A stretch of 64,000 bases of DNA. Source: a virus. The stretch is from the IMG/VR virus record IMGVR_UViG_3300044701_003423; one strand, 5' to 3'. Under the pieces are notes generated by a model, which worked only from the letters and a program-made list of their open reading frames with translations, had not been told where the DNA came from and did not search any database. This document shows, in pieces, positions 45,902-53,784 of the stretch (its first letter is position 1; each line of letters opens with the position of its first letter). The translations under genes and the position numbers were made by a program.

Positions 45902-46257
45902 CCATGAGGGGAGACAAGTCTGCCGCCACAACGTGCCTAACGACCGCTGCAGAAATTGCGTATACGCCGTTTAAAACCAGCGTATTTCCCCATGCAAAAA
46001 TTGAAAAGGCTGCGCTGGATACGTTGGATGAGCTAGGTTTTGAAGAGGATATTGAAGTGTATGGACATGTGCTAGGGCGAATACCAAAAAAACGTATTCA
46101 TTACTTGTTTTTTGCAAAAATAAAGAGTATTCTGTTCTCGTGCGACAGAGGCTCTAAAACTCTAAAAGAGTTTAGTAAGACGCTTTTGCAAGAGATTAGA
46201 GATGCTACAGAAACATGGGGGTCGGAGATAAATGGCTACGAGGAAGTCGCAGACTAA
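45898..46257 (+). CDS. hypothetical protein
   Basis: 119-aa ORF with a 4-nt overlap with the recombinase gene. Confidence 0.5.
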   Translation: MTMRGDKSAATTCLTTAAEIAYTPFKTSVFPHAKIEKAALDTLDELGFEEDIEVYGHVLGRIPKKRIHYLFFAKIKSILFSCDRGSKTLKEFSKTLLQEIRDATETWGSEINGYEEVAD

Positions 46258-46270
46258 AAAGGAGGGACAA

Positions 46271-46750
46271 ATGAGCGCAGAGCCAGTAGAGCTGCCGCCT
46301 GTAGCTACTGCACCCAAACGAATGACAACGCTACAAAAGGTCAAGTTGGCTAATCAACTCATTGAAGCGGTTGAGTCAGAATCTATTAAAAAAGCATTTT
46401 TAGCTATGCCTCAAGGGGAAGCTATTCATCAAATCTTTGTTGAGGCTGCCGAGAGACGCATTGAGACGTTAATGGGCAACGAGATTGTAGATGAAGAGTT
46501 GACAGTGGCTCAAGAGAAGGTAGACGAGATTGTTGAGTCCTGCATTAAACTACAACAAGCTCTTGTACAGTCCGTTCGCCAAGTTGTGGGCGGTCAGCAA
46601 CGACCCCAGCAACCTCAACAGCAGCAGCAGCAACAGCAACAGAGAAAGCCAGCACCTCAGCCTCAACAGGCTGTTAGAGCTGTAAGAAAGCAACCAATTT
46701 ATGAAGATACCGTATTGCCCGATTCCGAAGACGACGCACTACTTTATTAA
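46271..46750 (+). CDS. hypothetical protein with poly-Gln tract
   Basis: ATG at 46271 after GGAGGG (the track start 46232 overlaps the previous gene). QQRPQQPQQQQQQQQQRKPAPQPQQ. Confidence 0.5.
   Translation: MSAEPVELPPVATAPKRMTTLQKVKLANQLIEAVESESIKKAFLAMPQGEAIHQIFVEAAERRIETLMGNEIVDEELTVAQEKVDEIVESCIKLQQALVQSVRQVVGGQQRPQQPQQQQQQQQQRKPAPQPQQAVRAVRKQPIYEDTVLPDSEDDALLY
46595..46642. repeat. CAG/CAA trinucleotide tract
   Basis: Nine uninterrupted CAR codons at 46616-46642, with additional interrupted ones upstream. Confidence 0.8.
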
Positions 46751-46762
46751 TAGGAGTTTTAT

Positions 46763-47140
46763 ATGGCCAGACTAAAGAAAATTAATTCAAATGATTCAGT
46801 TACAGATGATGTCTCTTCTAAAGAAAAAAAGGGAATGCTTGAAGAATACGGAGTACCAAAAAAACTCCACAGTAAGGTCGCTAAGTTTATGTCTTACGAC
46901 CGTATTCAAGAAGTCCTCAAGATGTCTCAGCAGGAGCTAGAAGAGCTTATTGCTAATGCCGCTGTTCAAGTACAGCGCGGCGAGGAAGAACTAGAAGCTC
47001 ATGAAGAGTATCAAAGAGCTGTAGAAGCTAAGAAGCTACTAGAAAGTGGCCTTAAAGAAGCTATTGCTCCCTACAAGGCAACCATTCAAATGGCGGCGTT
47101 TGTTTTGTCTGAAAAGAAAAAATCAGAAGAGCAGGGGTAA
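46763..47140 (+). CDS. hypothetical protein
   Basis: 125-aa charged, helical ORF. Confidence 0.5.
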   Translation: MARLKKINSNDSVTDDVSSKEKKGMLEEYGVPKKLHSKVAKFMSYDRIQEVLKMSQQELEELIANAAVQVQRGEEELEAHEEYQRAVEAKKLLESGLKEAIAPYKATIQMAAFVLSEKKKSEEQG

Positions 47141-47143
47141 ATT

Positions 47144-47422
47144 ATGCTTAAGATCGAAGTTGTTCAAAACGGATGGCTGCTTACGGATGAGAGCGATCCA
47201 GAAATGGTACAAAAATACGTCTTTCAGGAAAGGGAAGATGGGTATTTATATGAAAAAAACTCAGCAGAAGCTTTTGCTGGATTGTTGTGGCGAATCAAAG
47301 ATTTAATTGGTCCAACCGATTCCAGATATTCTGCCCATAGAGTTTATATTGAAATAAAGCCCGGCGATAAGCATTCGTCGCACCCAGACAATCAAGAAGA
47401 CGATAGTGCAGTTGTTTCTTAA
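47144..47422 (+). CDS. hypothetical protein
   Basis: 92-aa ORF. Confidence 0.5.
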   Translation: MLKIEVVQNGWLLTDESDPEMVQKYVFQEREDGYLYEKNSAEAFAGLLWRIKDLIGPTDSRYSAHRVYIEIKPGDKHSSHPDNQEDDSAVVS

Positions 47423-47434
47423 GCGTTTTTTTAC

Positions 47435-47477
47435 AAAATGTTATTAGTGCTCTTAAGAATATTAATAACATTTTTTT
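47435..47477 (+). terminator. hairpin, terminator-like
   Basis: Perfect 12-bp inverted repeat aaaatgttatta / taataacatttt (47435-47446 / 47463-47474) followed by TTT. The stem is AT-rich, so strength is uncertain. Confidence 0.45.
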
Positions 47478-47505
47478 ATTGAGTCGCTTTGAAGGAGTGC
47501 GGCAA

Positions 47506-47706
47506 ATGAAACTTTATGTTATTGTCCGAAAATTCTCAGATGGCTCACACGTCGTTGGTCATGGAAAGGTTTTTGAGGACTATGAGAAAGCCATGATGCT
47601 CCTCAGTGAGATTAAAGATCGGTATACAAATGAAATGACTAGTAAATACTATGACGAAAATCCTTCTACATTTCATCTTTGCGTAGTCTATATTCCAGAG
47701 GAGTGA
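47506..47706 (+). CDS. small protein, family A (divergent member)
   Basis: AAGGAG lies 9 nt before the ATG at 47506. MKLYVIVRKFSDGSHV... is related to the MKVYIICFDG proteins. Confidence 0.55.
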   Translation: MKLYVIVRKFSDGSHVVGHGKVFEDYEKAMMLLSEIKDRYTNEMTSKYYDENPSTFHLCVVYIPEE

Positions 47707-47709
47707 AAT

Positions 47710-47976
47710 ATGAAACGCAGTGATTTACAGCAGAAAATTAAAGACAGAATCGCAATGCGTATCAGAGAAAATCATTATGCGTCCGATACTACAGACTATG
47801 AAATATGGGCGTTTGCTCATTTTCTCGCAGATGAGCTAATCTCTTTGATTGAAGAGCAAGGAATGCAGCCGCCAGCGTATGAAACCTACGTAAAAGTAGA
47901 TGAAAATTTAATACTTTCAAAAGCATATCGCAAAATTAAGGTAAACAAGTGGGAGCCAGAACATGAGACGAAGTGA
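47710..47976 (+). CDS. small protein, family B, copy 1
   Basis: MKRSDL...LIEEQGMQPP...KWEPEHE. Paralogous to 47963..48172 and 48367..48570. Confidence 0.6.
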   Translation: MKRSDLQQKIKDRIAMRIRENHYASDTTDYEIWAFAHFLADELISLIEEQGMQPPAYETYVKVDENLILSKAYRKIKVNKWEPEHETK

Positions 47977-48172
47977 AATGGTCAAACTTTTGGCCGACGC
48001 TCTTGAGTATCACGATTGGAAGGGTGAACCGGACGAAATGGCCGACCTAATATTAAGACTTCTTGAAAGCCAAGGTATGCGGCCACCTTTACCACAGCCC
48101 GTGAAAGTAATTGTAGAAAAAGACGAACCGCTCGGTATACAACCCACCGACATATGGGAACCAGAGGAGTGA
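47963..48172 (+). CDS. small protein, family B, copy 2
   Basis: MRRSEMV...LLESQGMRPP...IWEPEE. Confidence 0.6.
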   Translation: MRRSEMVKLLADALEYHDWKGEPDEMADLILRLLESQGMRPPLPQPVKVIVEKDEPLGIQPTDIWEPEE

Positions 48173-48175
48173 AAT

Positions 48176-48370
48176 ATGAAAGTCTACATAATCTGTTTCG
48201 ACGGTAGCCACATCTCCTATCACACGGCATTCCTTGACCGAGAGAAGGCAGAGGAGCGTCTCCGAATTATGCAAGACGAGATGGATGCGGAGGCAGATAA
48301 ACATCAATGCAAGAGTTACTCGCACTGGTACTCGGTGGAAGAATTGGAGATGGAACGAGGTGAAACATGA
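48176..48370 (+). CDS. small protein, family A, copy 2
   Basis: MKVYIICFDGSHIS...AFLDREKAEERLRIMQDEMDAEADKHQCKSYS. Near-identical to 48613..48831. Confidence 0.65.
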   Translation: MKVYIICFDGSHISYHTAFLDREKAEERLRIMQDEMDAEADKHQCKSYSHWYSVEELEMERGET

Positions 48371-48570
48371 AACGCAGCGAGATGATTGAACGCTTAACAT
48401 GCTTTCTCAGTGAAGAGCAGGGATATAGAGAAGACAGGTCATACGCAGAAATAATTATTGTCTTCCTCGAAAGCCAAGGAATGCAGCCGCCGAAGCGCAT
48501 CAAATACGCACCGACAGCCTATGCCGAGCCTAACAAAAGGATTGTCTACGAGTGGGAGGACGAGGAATGA
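48367..48570 (+). CDS. small protein, family B, copy 3
   Basis: MKRSEMI...FLESQGMQPP...YEWEDEE. Confidence 0.6.
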   Translation: MKRSEMIERLTCFLSEEQGYREDRSYAEIIIVFLESQGMQPPKRIKYAPTAYAEPNKRIVYEWEDEE

Positions 48571-48612
48571 ACACCGAGTTATCCAAAGAATTAAGAACAC
48601 TGGAGAGCCGAC

Positions 48613-48831
48613 ATGAAAGTCTACATTATCTGCTTCGACGGTGACCACATTTCCCATCCCACGGCATTCCTTGACCGAGAGAAGGCGGAAGAGCGTCTCA
48701 GAATTATGCAGGACGAGATGGATGCAGAGGCAGATAAGCATCAATGCAAAAGTTATTCCCAATGGTACTCGGTGGAGGAACTGGAAATAGAACGAGGTGA
48801 ACAAAAGGACAGCAGTAATGGGCCACTATGA
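48613..48831 (+). CDS. small protein, family A, copy 3
   Basis: MKVYIICFDGDHIS.... Most nucleotide differences from copy 2 are synonymous. Confidence 0.65.
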   Translation: MKVYIICFDGDHISHPTAFLDREKAEERLRIMQDEMDAEADKHQCKSYSQWYSVEELEIERGEQKDSSNGPL

Positions 48832-49222
48832 AAAAGACCAAATAGATTACTTACTAAAGACTTTAAATATTAACCGCAGCAGACTTGCCGCTCTTTTAAG
48901 CATAGAAGAAAGGTCTATCTTAGAAATGGAAAAATTTGATAGAGTCGTTTATTCCGACAATGGTCTTAAAAGATTATGTCAAGTCGTTGAGATGATTGAA
49001 AAAGAAGAGCGCAGTGGCCGCTCTGCGTTGCATATTTTGGAAACCGGCAGGATTCCGTTAACTCACGGCAAGCATGACGAACTTGGTAATTATATTGAAG
49101 ATTTGATTGTTTTGTCTGAATACGTCACATCCTTCCCTGACGACGTCGGTTGGGTGGCGAATGTTTTTTTTGCTATGGGCGACTATCACGGACAAAACAG
49201 ACAGAATGGAGATAAGCAATGA
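48818..49222 (+). CDS. hypothetical protein (possible HTH)
   Basis: First ATG at 48818 in the ORF 48797..49222. LLKTLNINRSRLAALLSIEERSI could be a helix-turn-helix. Confidence 0.4.
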   Translation: MGHYEKDQIDYLLKTLNINRSRLAALLSIEERSILEMEKFDRVVYSDNGLKRLCQVVEMIEKEERSGRSALHILETGRIPLTHGKHDELGNYIEDLIVLSEYVTSFPDDVGWVANVFFAMGDYHGQNRQNGDKQ

Positions 49223-49557
49223 AAGCAGTTTCCAATTTCAGTTACATGACCATCGACGGCTTCACTTACTTCGAGCCCGAAGAAGCAATGACTTACGATG
49301 AGGCGATGGAATGGGCAAAGACACGCGGCCTACGTCTCTTGACTAGGGGTGAATGGTGTGACTTGTGGGACTATAAGGAAGAGTTTAGAAAGAGTTGCCG
49401 GAATGGTGCTTACTGGACTTCTACAGTTTACTCCGATAACCCTTCTTATGCGTGGTTTTTTAACCCTGAAGATAGTCTTATCTTTAATAGTTATTCTAAT
49501 GCCTTGGGCAGAGTCCGTGCCGTACTAGTAGAGCCGGAGGGCCATCATGGCTATTGA
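49219..49557 (+). CDS. DUF1566 (Lcl C-terminal-like) domain protein
   Basis: MTYDEAMEWAKTRGLRLLTRGEW...YWTSTVYSDNPSYAWFFN...RVRAV follows the DUF1566 pattern. Confidence 0.55.
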   Translation: MKAVSNFSYMTIDGFTYFEPEEAMTYDEAMEWAKTRGLRLLTRGEWCDLWDYKEEFRKSCRNGAYWTSTVYSDNPSYAWFFNPEDSLIFNSYSNALGRVRAVLVEPEGHHGY

Positions 49558-49927
49558 AGAACGCATTGAAGTCGCCTGCAACAATGCAGCTTGGTTTATT
49601 CACCGGCACCTCGTTCACTATGGTCGCATACCCGTTAGGCAAAGCAAAGAGAAGTTTGGCACGGTCAGAGTCTACTGCAGTCTTGGCTACTATGGGTTCT
49701 TCAGTCTGCTCAATCCCGGTCATGTTTATGTTCATTGGCCGAAATGGTTGTATGGCTTGGATTTGAGGTACGGTCGTCCCGTCATGCAACTTCTTAACAA
49801 AATCATTGTACCTTACCATAAATTCATCTACCGTAGGGCTTATGCTGCAGCAGTCAAAAAGTACCCGGCCATCAAAGACCGCATCTTACGCACTGCAGAT
49901 TTCCCTGAATTATTAGAGGGTTTGTGA
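49547..49927 (+). CDS. conserved phage hypothetical protein
   Basis: 126 aa. A SKEKFGTVRVY-type motif is common in small phage proteins of unknown function. Confidence 0.5.
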   Translation: MAIEERIEVACNNAAWFIHRHLVHYGRIPVRQSKEKFGTVRVYCSLGYYGFFSLLNPGHVYVHWPKWLYGLDLRYGRPVMQLLNKIIVPYHKFIYRRAYAAAVKKYPAIKDRILRTADFPELLEGL

Positions 49928-49942
49928 TTTTTTAAACACACC

Positions 49943-49971
49943 CTAAAGTTATTCCTACTCGTGACGATAAG
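49943..49971 (+). promoter_or_regulatory. conserved bipartite motif, copy D (plus strand)
   Basis: CTAAAGTtattcctactcgtgacGATAAG, followed by tcttataatGGAGGTGaattATG, 20 nt before the ATG at 49992. Confidence 0.5.
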
Positions 49972-49991
49972 TCTTATAATGGAGGTGAATT

Positions 49992-50213
49992 ATGAAAGTT
50001 CTTATTAATCAAATTCAAAAAGCAGTCAACGCAAGGATGGGCCGTGAGAACGGCTCAGCATGGCTCATTCTTCGCATCAATGGGGAAAGAGTTAAGGTCA
50101 AAGTGAATGCAGGGGATTTTTATACCCCCATGCAGATTGCAATGACTTTTCAAAATTTGGGCGTTGAAGACGCTCATCTAGAAATCGACTGTGGGCCGGG
50201 CCGTAGGCGTTAA
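49992..50213 (+). CDS. hypothetical protein
   Basis: 73-aa ORF with a GGAGGTG SD, preceded by motif copy D. Confidence 0.55.
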   Translation: MKVLINQIQKAVNARMGRENGSAWLILRINGERVKVKVNAGDFYTPMQIAMTFQNLGVEDAHLEIDCGPGRRR

Positions 50214-50818
50214 AACTCAACCCTAAAGCCCACTCCAACTGCTGGCTTCTTAAAGTCCATTGGGGTAGATACCACTCCCTCAATCCACAATCCCTTATAG
50301 ACCCTATATCCAGCGGTTACGTCCAACTCTTTCTTTAAGTGGTTGGATGTAATTTCGTCTACAGGTGCTTTGATGTGAGCACCGACTGAATACGAAGGAA
50401 GCGGCTGCGTCACTGTTGTCTGCTTGGTTGTTTCAGAAGATTTTTTGTCTTTGTTGCTAGATTCGTCTTTTTTATCTTCTTTCTTTGTACTATCCGTCTC
50501 TTTTTTGTTCTTCTCTTCTGTCTTAGGTCCAATAACAATAATCTTATCTACTTTTGTACCGTCTGGTTTAGTCTCTCTTGTAATAATCTTAATCGGCCCT
50601 TGAGTCTTTTTAGACGATTCTTCAGATGTCTTTGTTTTGTCTTCTGTATGAGTTTCAGATTTTTTATTGTTTTCAGACTCACTTGTTTCTTTTTTAGTTT
50701 CTGAAGTCGTTTCGGTATGAACAGGTACGGCACTTCTTCCGATAAAGTATCCAGCAACCAACGCTACGGCTCCAACTTTGCCCCATACAGGGATTTTTTC
50801 ATAAAGTTCTTTCAACAT
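50210..50818 (-). CDS. membrane-anchored low-complexity protein with OMP-like C-terminus (spanin-like candidate)
   Basis: N-terminal TMD WGKVGAVALVAGYFIG, a roughly 110-aa K/E/T/S-rich linker, and a beta-rich C-terminus ending VGVGFRVEF. It lies immediately downstream of the endolysin gene. Confidence 0.45.
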   Translation of the reverse strand: MLKELYEKIPVWGKVGAVALVAGYFIGRSAVPVHTETTSETKKETSESENNKKSETHTEDKTKTSEESSKKTQGPIKIITRETKPDGTKVDKIIVIGPKTEEKNKKETDSTKKEDKKDESSNKDKKSSETTKQTTVTQPLPSYSVGAHIKAPVDEITSNHLKKELDVTAGYRVYKGLWIEGVVSTPMDFKKPAVGVGFRVEF

Positions 50819-50821
50819 TGT

Positions 50822-51406
50822 TTAGGCTTTCTTTTTAGGTGTTTTAGGTTTTGAAGTTGTTGGTACTTTTTCAACGGATTTTTTAGGCTCTTCTTTTGGC
50901 GGCAACAATTCATTAGAAACATTCATATAGGGTTTAATTTCTTCTAAGTTATTAAATCTTTTGAATGTTCCGGTGGAATACATCAATGCTTCTGAGACTC
51001 GTCTGTACAAAAGCCCCAATAGCGGCTTACCACCGGCCTTATTCCATACAAGGAATTGAGCAACAACAGCGTCTGTGTCCTTGCCTTCGTTTACTAGCCT
51101 CAATAGAGTGGACTTAGATAGGTTACCCAAGCCGACGTTATAGGCAAACGAAACGAGAGCGCCGAGCTGTTCTGGTCTGAGTCTAACCTTAATCAACTTC
51201 AGCACACCTTCGGCAAACTCAGACAGACTCTTTTCCAGCGCAGCGTCGGCCTGCTCCTGAGTCCACACAACGCCTTCTTTGATGTCTTTGCCTGTCTGTC
51301 CCCAACCAATAGTCCAAACATCGGCAGGGCACTTGTATGCTTTTAGCTTACATCCTTCATAAGCCTTCACCAAAGGAAGGGCCGCTTCTAAAATTTTCTT
51401 TTCCAT
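50822..51406 (-). CDS. endolysin, GH24 (T4/P22-type lysozyme)
   Basis: LVKAYEGCKLKAYKCPADVWTIGWGQTG is the catalytic Glu/Asp/Thr region of GH24 lysozymes. Lys/Pro-rich cationic C-terminal tail. Confidence 0.85.
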   Translation of the reverse strand: MEKKILEAALPLVKAYEGCKLKAYKCPADVWTIGWGQTGKDIKEGVVWTQEQADAALEKSLSEFAEGVLKLIKVRLRPEQLGALVSFAYNVGLGNLSKSTLLRLVNEGKDTDAVVAQFLVWNKAGGKPLLGLLYRRVSEALMYSTGTFKRFNNLEEIKPYMNVSNELLPPKEEPKKSVEKVPTTSKPKTPKKKA

Positions 51407-51447
51407 TGCGTAGTCCTTTCAATTACTATAAAGTTGCCATAGGAGGA

Positions 51448-51476
51448 ATTATGGCCATAACTTGGCTAAATGTCAA
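51448..51476 (-). promoter_or_regulatory. sigma70-like promoter for the lysis cassette
   Basis: Minus-strand read: TTGACA (51476-51471), 17 nt, CATAAT (51453-51448). About 40 nt upstream of the endolysin ATG. Confidence 0.55.
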
Positions 51477-51521
51477 ATTAACTAGCCTTTTGCCATTTTA
51501 CGCTCTGTAAAAGAAAGGAGT

Positions 51522-51791
51522 ATGCTTTTAAAGCAACTTATGAAAGTAATTGATATTAATGAAAAAAAGACAAAAAGAGAGAAAAAAGTTGACCAACTTT
51601 CAATTTTGGTGAGTCTATTATCGAATGACTTTGCCAATAGAATGAATGCTATCAAGAACCAAAATATAAGAAATGAAGCAATGGCGTGTATTTTATTACA
51701 TGTCTTAGAATGCCTCAAAAATGGCCAGATGACCAAAGAACAAGTGCTTAATATTATTGATGTGGGGATAAAACGCTCGTTTCCTGAATAA
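51522..51791 (+). CDS. hypothetical protein
   Basis: 89-aa ORF. Its C-terminal GQMTKEQVLNIIDVGI resembles ILTKEQCIQIVHSVF in 52398..52958. The SD spacing is poor, so the start is uncertain. Confidence 0.45.
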   Translation: MLLKQLMKVIDINEKKTKREKKVDQLSILVSLLSNDFANRMNAIKNQNIRNEAMACILLHVLECLKNGQMTKEQVLNIIDVGIKRSFPE

Positions 51792-51827
51792 AATAGATAT
51801 AAATTAACCTTCTACTAGGAGAATGAA

Positions 51828-52181
51828 TTGAAGGTTTTTAACAGGCAACATGCGTGTATTACTGGCAGAACGATTGTTGAAATCTTTGACTGTAAGTGGG
51901 AAAGGGAAAACGAGACAATAGAGGAATTCTTAGAAAACGTCAGGTATCGCTTCCCAAATCAAGAGGTTAGGATTGTACCCGGCGGAGCAGAAGTGGTAAT
52001 AGTTAAAAAGGTAGAGCCAACTAAAAATGAGCTTAAAAAAGACGATAAGTTAAAAGATTACAAGTCTCCGGGATATAGAGAACAAGAAGCAGAAGAAGAT
52101 ATAGACGTTTATGAAAAATATGCTGATTATGACCCAGAAGACGATTACGCCACTAAGAGAAAGAAAAGAGGCAAGAAATGA
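51828..52181 (+). CDS. hypothetical protein
   Basis: 117-aa ORF with a TTG start 6 nt after AGGAG. Confidence 0.5.
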   Translation: MKVFNRQHACITGRTIVEIFDCKWERENETIEEFLENVRYRFPNQEVRIVPGGAEVVIVKKVEPTKNELKKDDKLKDYKSPGYREQEAEEDIDVYEKYADYDPEDDYATKRKKRGKK

Positions 52182-52393
52182 AGTTAATTAAGTTTGTGGA
52201 CAGCGATGGAAACGAGGTCTGGCTAAATTCAGAAAAAGTCTGTCGAGTCCTAACCCGCAAAGAACACTGTTCTATTTATACAGAAGACGGCGGGTTTGTA
52301 TGGCTTTCAATGCCCGCTCAGATGGCCGTTGATATATTAGAAGACAAAGTCGTATTGATTGAACCTAAAAAGAAGAAGGGCGCTAAAAAGTAA
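52178..52393 (+). CDS. hypothetical protein
   Basis: 71-aa ORF with a 4-nt overlap with the upstream gene. Confidence 0.5.
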   Translation: MKLIKFVDSDGNEVWLNSEKVCRVLTRKEHCSIYTEDGGFVWLSMPAQMAVDILEDKVVLIEPKKKKGAKK

Positions 52394-52397
52394 TTTT

Positions 52398-52958
52398 ATG
52401 AAAGAGAGTCAACTACTAGACACATCTAGAAAAATTAATAGATACGATGTGTATTATATTTCTGAATCAGGCCCTCGAATCTGGAAACAACTGGACTCAA
52501 CATGGAGCGGCACAATAGTTGATTTTCTTAAGTTGCCAAATGTCGATTCTTTAGACAAAATAGACATTGTATTGTCAGGTAATTTTTTAGACAATTACGC
52601 AGCTAGACGTATATTGTTGATTTGTTTGAAAAAAGTAGAAAAAAGACTCAGTGTTGATTTGTTGGTTGCAAAAAGAATAGAAAGAGTCTTAAAGCAAAAT
52701 ATCAAAGAACGCCGTGAACTCGACGGTCAAATTGCGTCTATAAGAGAACAGTTAGAAAAGAGCATGGAATTGTATAGAGAACTACTTTCAGACGAAGAAA
52801 AGTCGCTGCTGAATGTTGTTCATATGTGTTTATCATGGACCCCATCAATTGCAGCAAGAAATGCCGTATTTACTTTGATGGATAATAAAATACTAACAAA
52901 AGAGCAGTGTATTCAAATAGTTCACTCTGTCTTCTACCCATTGAGATACAAAAAATGA
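52398..52958 (+). CDS. hypothetical protein
   Basis: First ATG after the upstream stop (the track start 52359 is TTG inside the previous gene). Confidence 0.45.
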   Translation: MKESQLLDTSRKINRYDVYYISESGPRIWKQLDSTWSGTIVDFLKLPNVDSLDKIDIVLSGNFLDNYAARRILLICLKKVEKRLSVDLLVAKRIERVLKQNIKERRELDGQIASIREQLEKSMELYRELLSDEEKSLLNVVHMCLSWTPSIAARNAVFTLMDNKILTKEQCIQIVHSVFYPLRYKK

Positions 52959-53578
52959 AAAAACTTTTTTTGATATTTTTAATGATTTTAGCCGCTTGTG
53001 GAAAATCTAAACCCAATCCAGAGATACCTCAAGAAGTCTTGGCTGAGTTGCAAACCAATAAACAAGCCATGTTTAATATGAGCGGCGAAATTAACTGGTA
53101 TGTAGACGACAACCTTAAGGGCCGCACAGAAAAAATGAAAGCCGGAGACACCTTGCTTATCTATATCAACAGCAACGGTGGAATGGTTGATGCTGCCGAA
53201 AGTATTATGAATACTATGAGTGGGTTTAAAACCATTTGCGTTGCTGATACAGCAATGAGCGCAGCGTTTGAAATTTACGAAGCCTGCACTGTAAGAGTAT
53301 ATCTAGACAGAACATTGCTTATGACTCACCACCATTCTATTTCTTTTGGAAACGGAACCATTCCAGTCACCGAGGCATTTTTGGCTGGCCTAGAAGGGTT
53401 TGTTCAAGAGACTTATTTGCTAAAGCGAGCGGCAAACAGAATGGGGATGACTCACGCAGAGTTGCTTGAAAATATTCAAAAAAATAATGGAGAGTGGTAT
53501 ATCTACGGAAAGGATATTGTTAAATATCGCGCAGCCGATTATCATATTCAAGACAATCAACTAAAGAAAAATAAATGA
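52955..53578 (+). CDS. lipoprotein ClpP/NfeD-class serine protease
   Basis: The ATG at 52955 overlaps the upstream stop (ATGA). MKKLFLIFLMILAACGKS has a lipobox (LAAC). Core LLIYINSNGGMVDAAESIMNTM...DTAMSAAFEIYEAC is paralogous to 43747..44718. Confidence 0.6.
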   Translation: MKKLFLIFLMILAACGKSKPNPEIPQEVLAELQTNKQAMFNMSGEINWYVDDNLKGRTEKMKAGDTLLIYINSNGGMVDAAESIMNTMSGFKTICVADTAMSAAFEIYEACTVRVYLDRTLLMTHHHSISFGNGTIPVTEAFLAGLEGFVQETYLLKRAANRMGMTHAELLENIQKNNGEWYIYGKDIVKYRAADYHIQDNQLKKNK

Positions 53579-53784
53579 ATCAAACAACTTATAAAATTGA
53601 CGAGTCTCTTATCAAAAGAATCCAAGATGACAACAAAGTCGCTAAGGATATTTTGACTGCCTATCTAGATGCGTTAGCTAAAAATCCCGCCAATCAAACA
53701 AACCACGATTTTCATAAGCATTTTGCTGTTAGGCTTATTAGAGCGATTGAAAATAGGCCAAACGATAAAGACGACTTAAACTGA
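53575..53784 (+). CDS. hypothetical protein
   Basis: 69-aa ORF, the last plus-strand gene before the convergent junction. Confidence 0.5.
   Translation: MNQTTYKIDESLIKRIQDDNKVAKDILTAYLDALAKNPANQTNHDFHKHFAVRLIRAIENRPNDKDDLN

Noticed and set aside
51451-51510. 19-codon plus-strand micro-ORF after a perfect AGGAGG
   Set aside because: It is too short to support, the SD spacing is only 4 nt, and the AGGAGG may be coincidental within the minus-strand promoter/leader region.
51482-51736. 84-aa minus-strand ORF with hydrophobic segments upstream of the endolysin (holin candidate)
   Set aside because: The only possible start is TTG, with no SD. Its Phe/Leu/Ser/Ile-rich sequence is what the antisense of a Lys/Glu-rich gene produces. 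The sigma70-like promoter for the endolysin lies downstream of it. The plus-strand ORF has a paralogous motif in 52398..52958.
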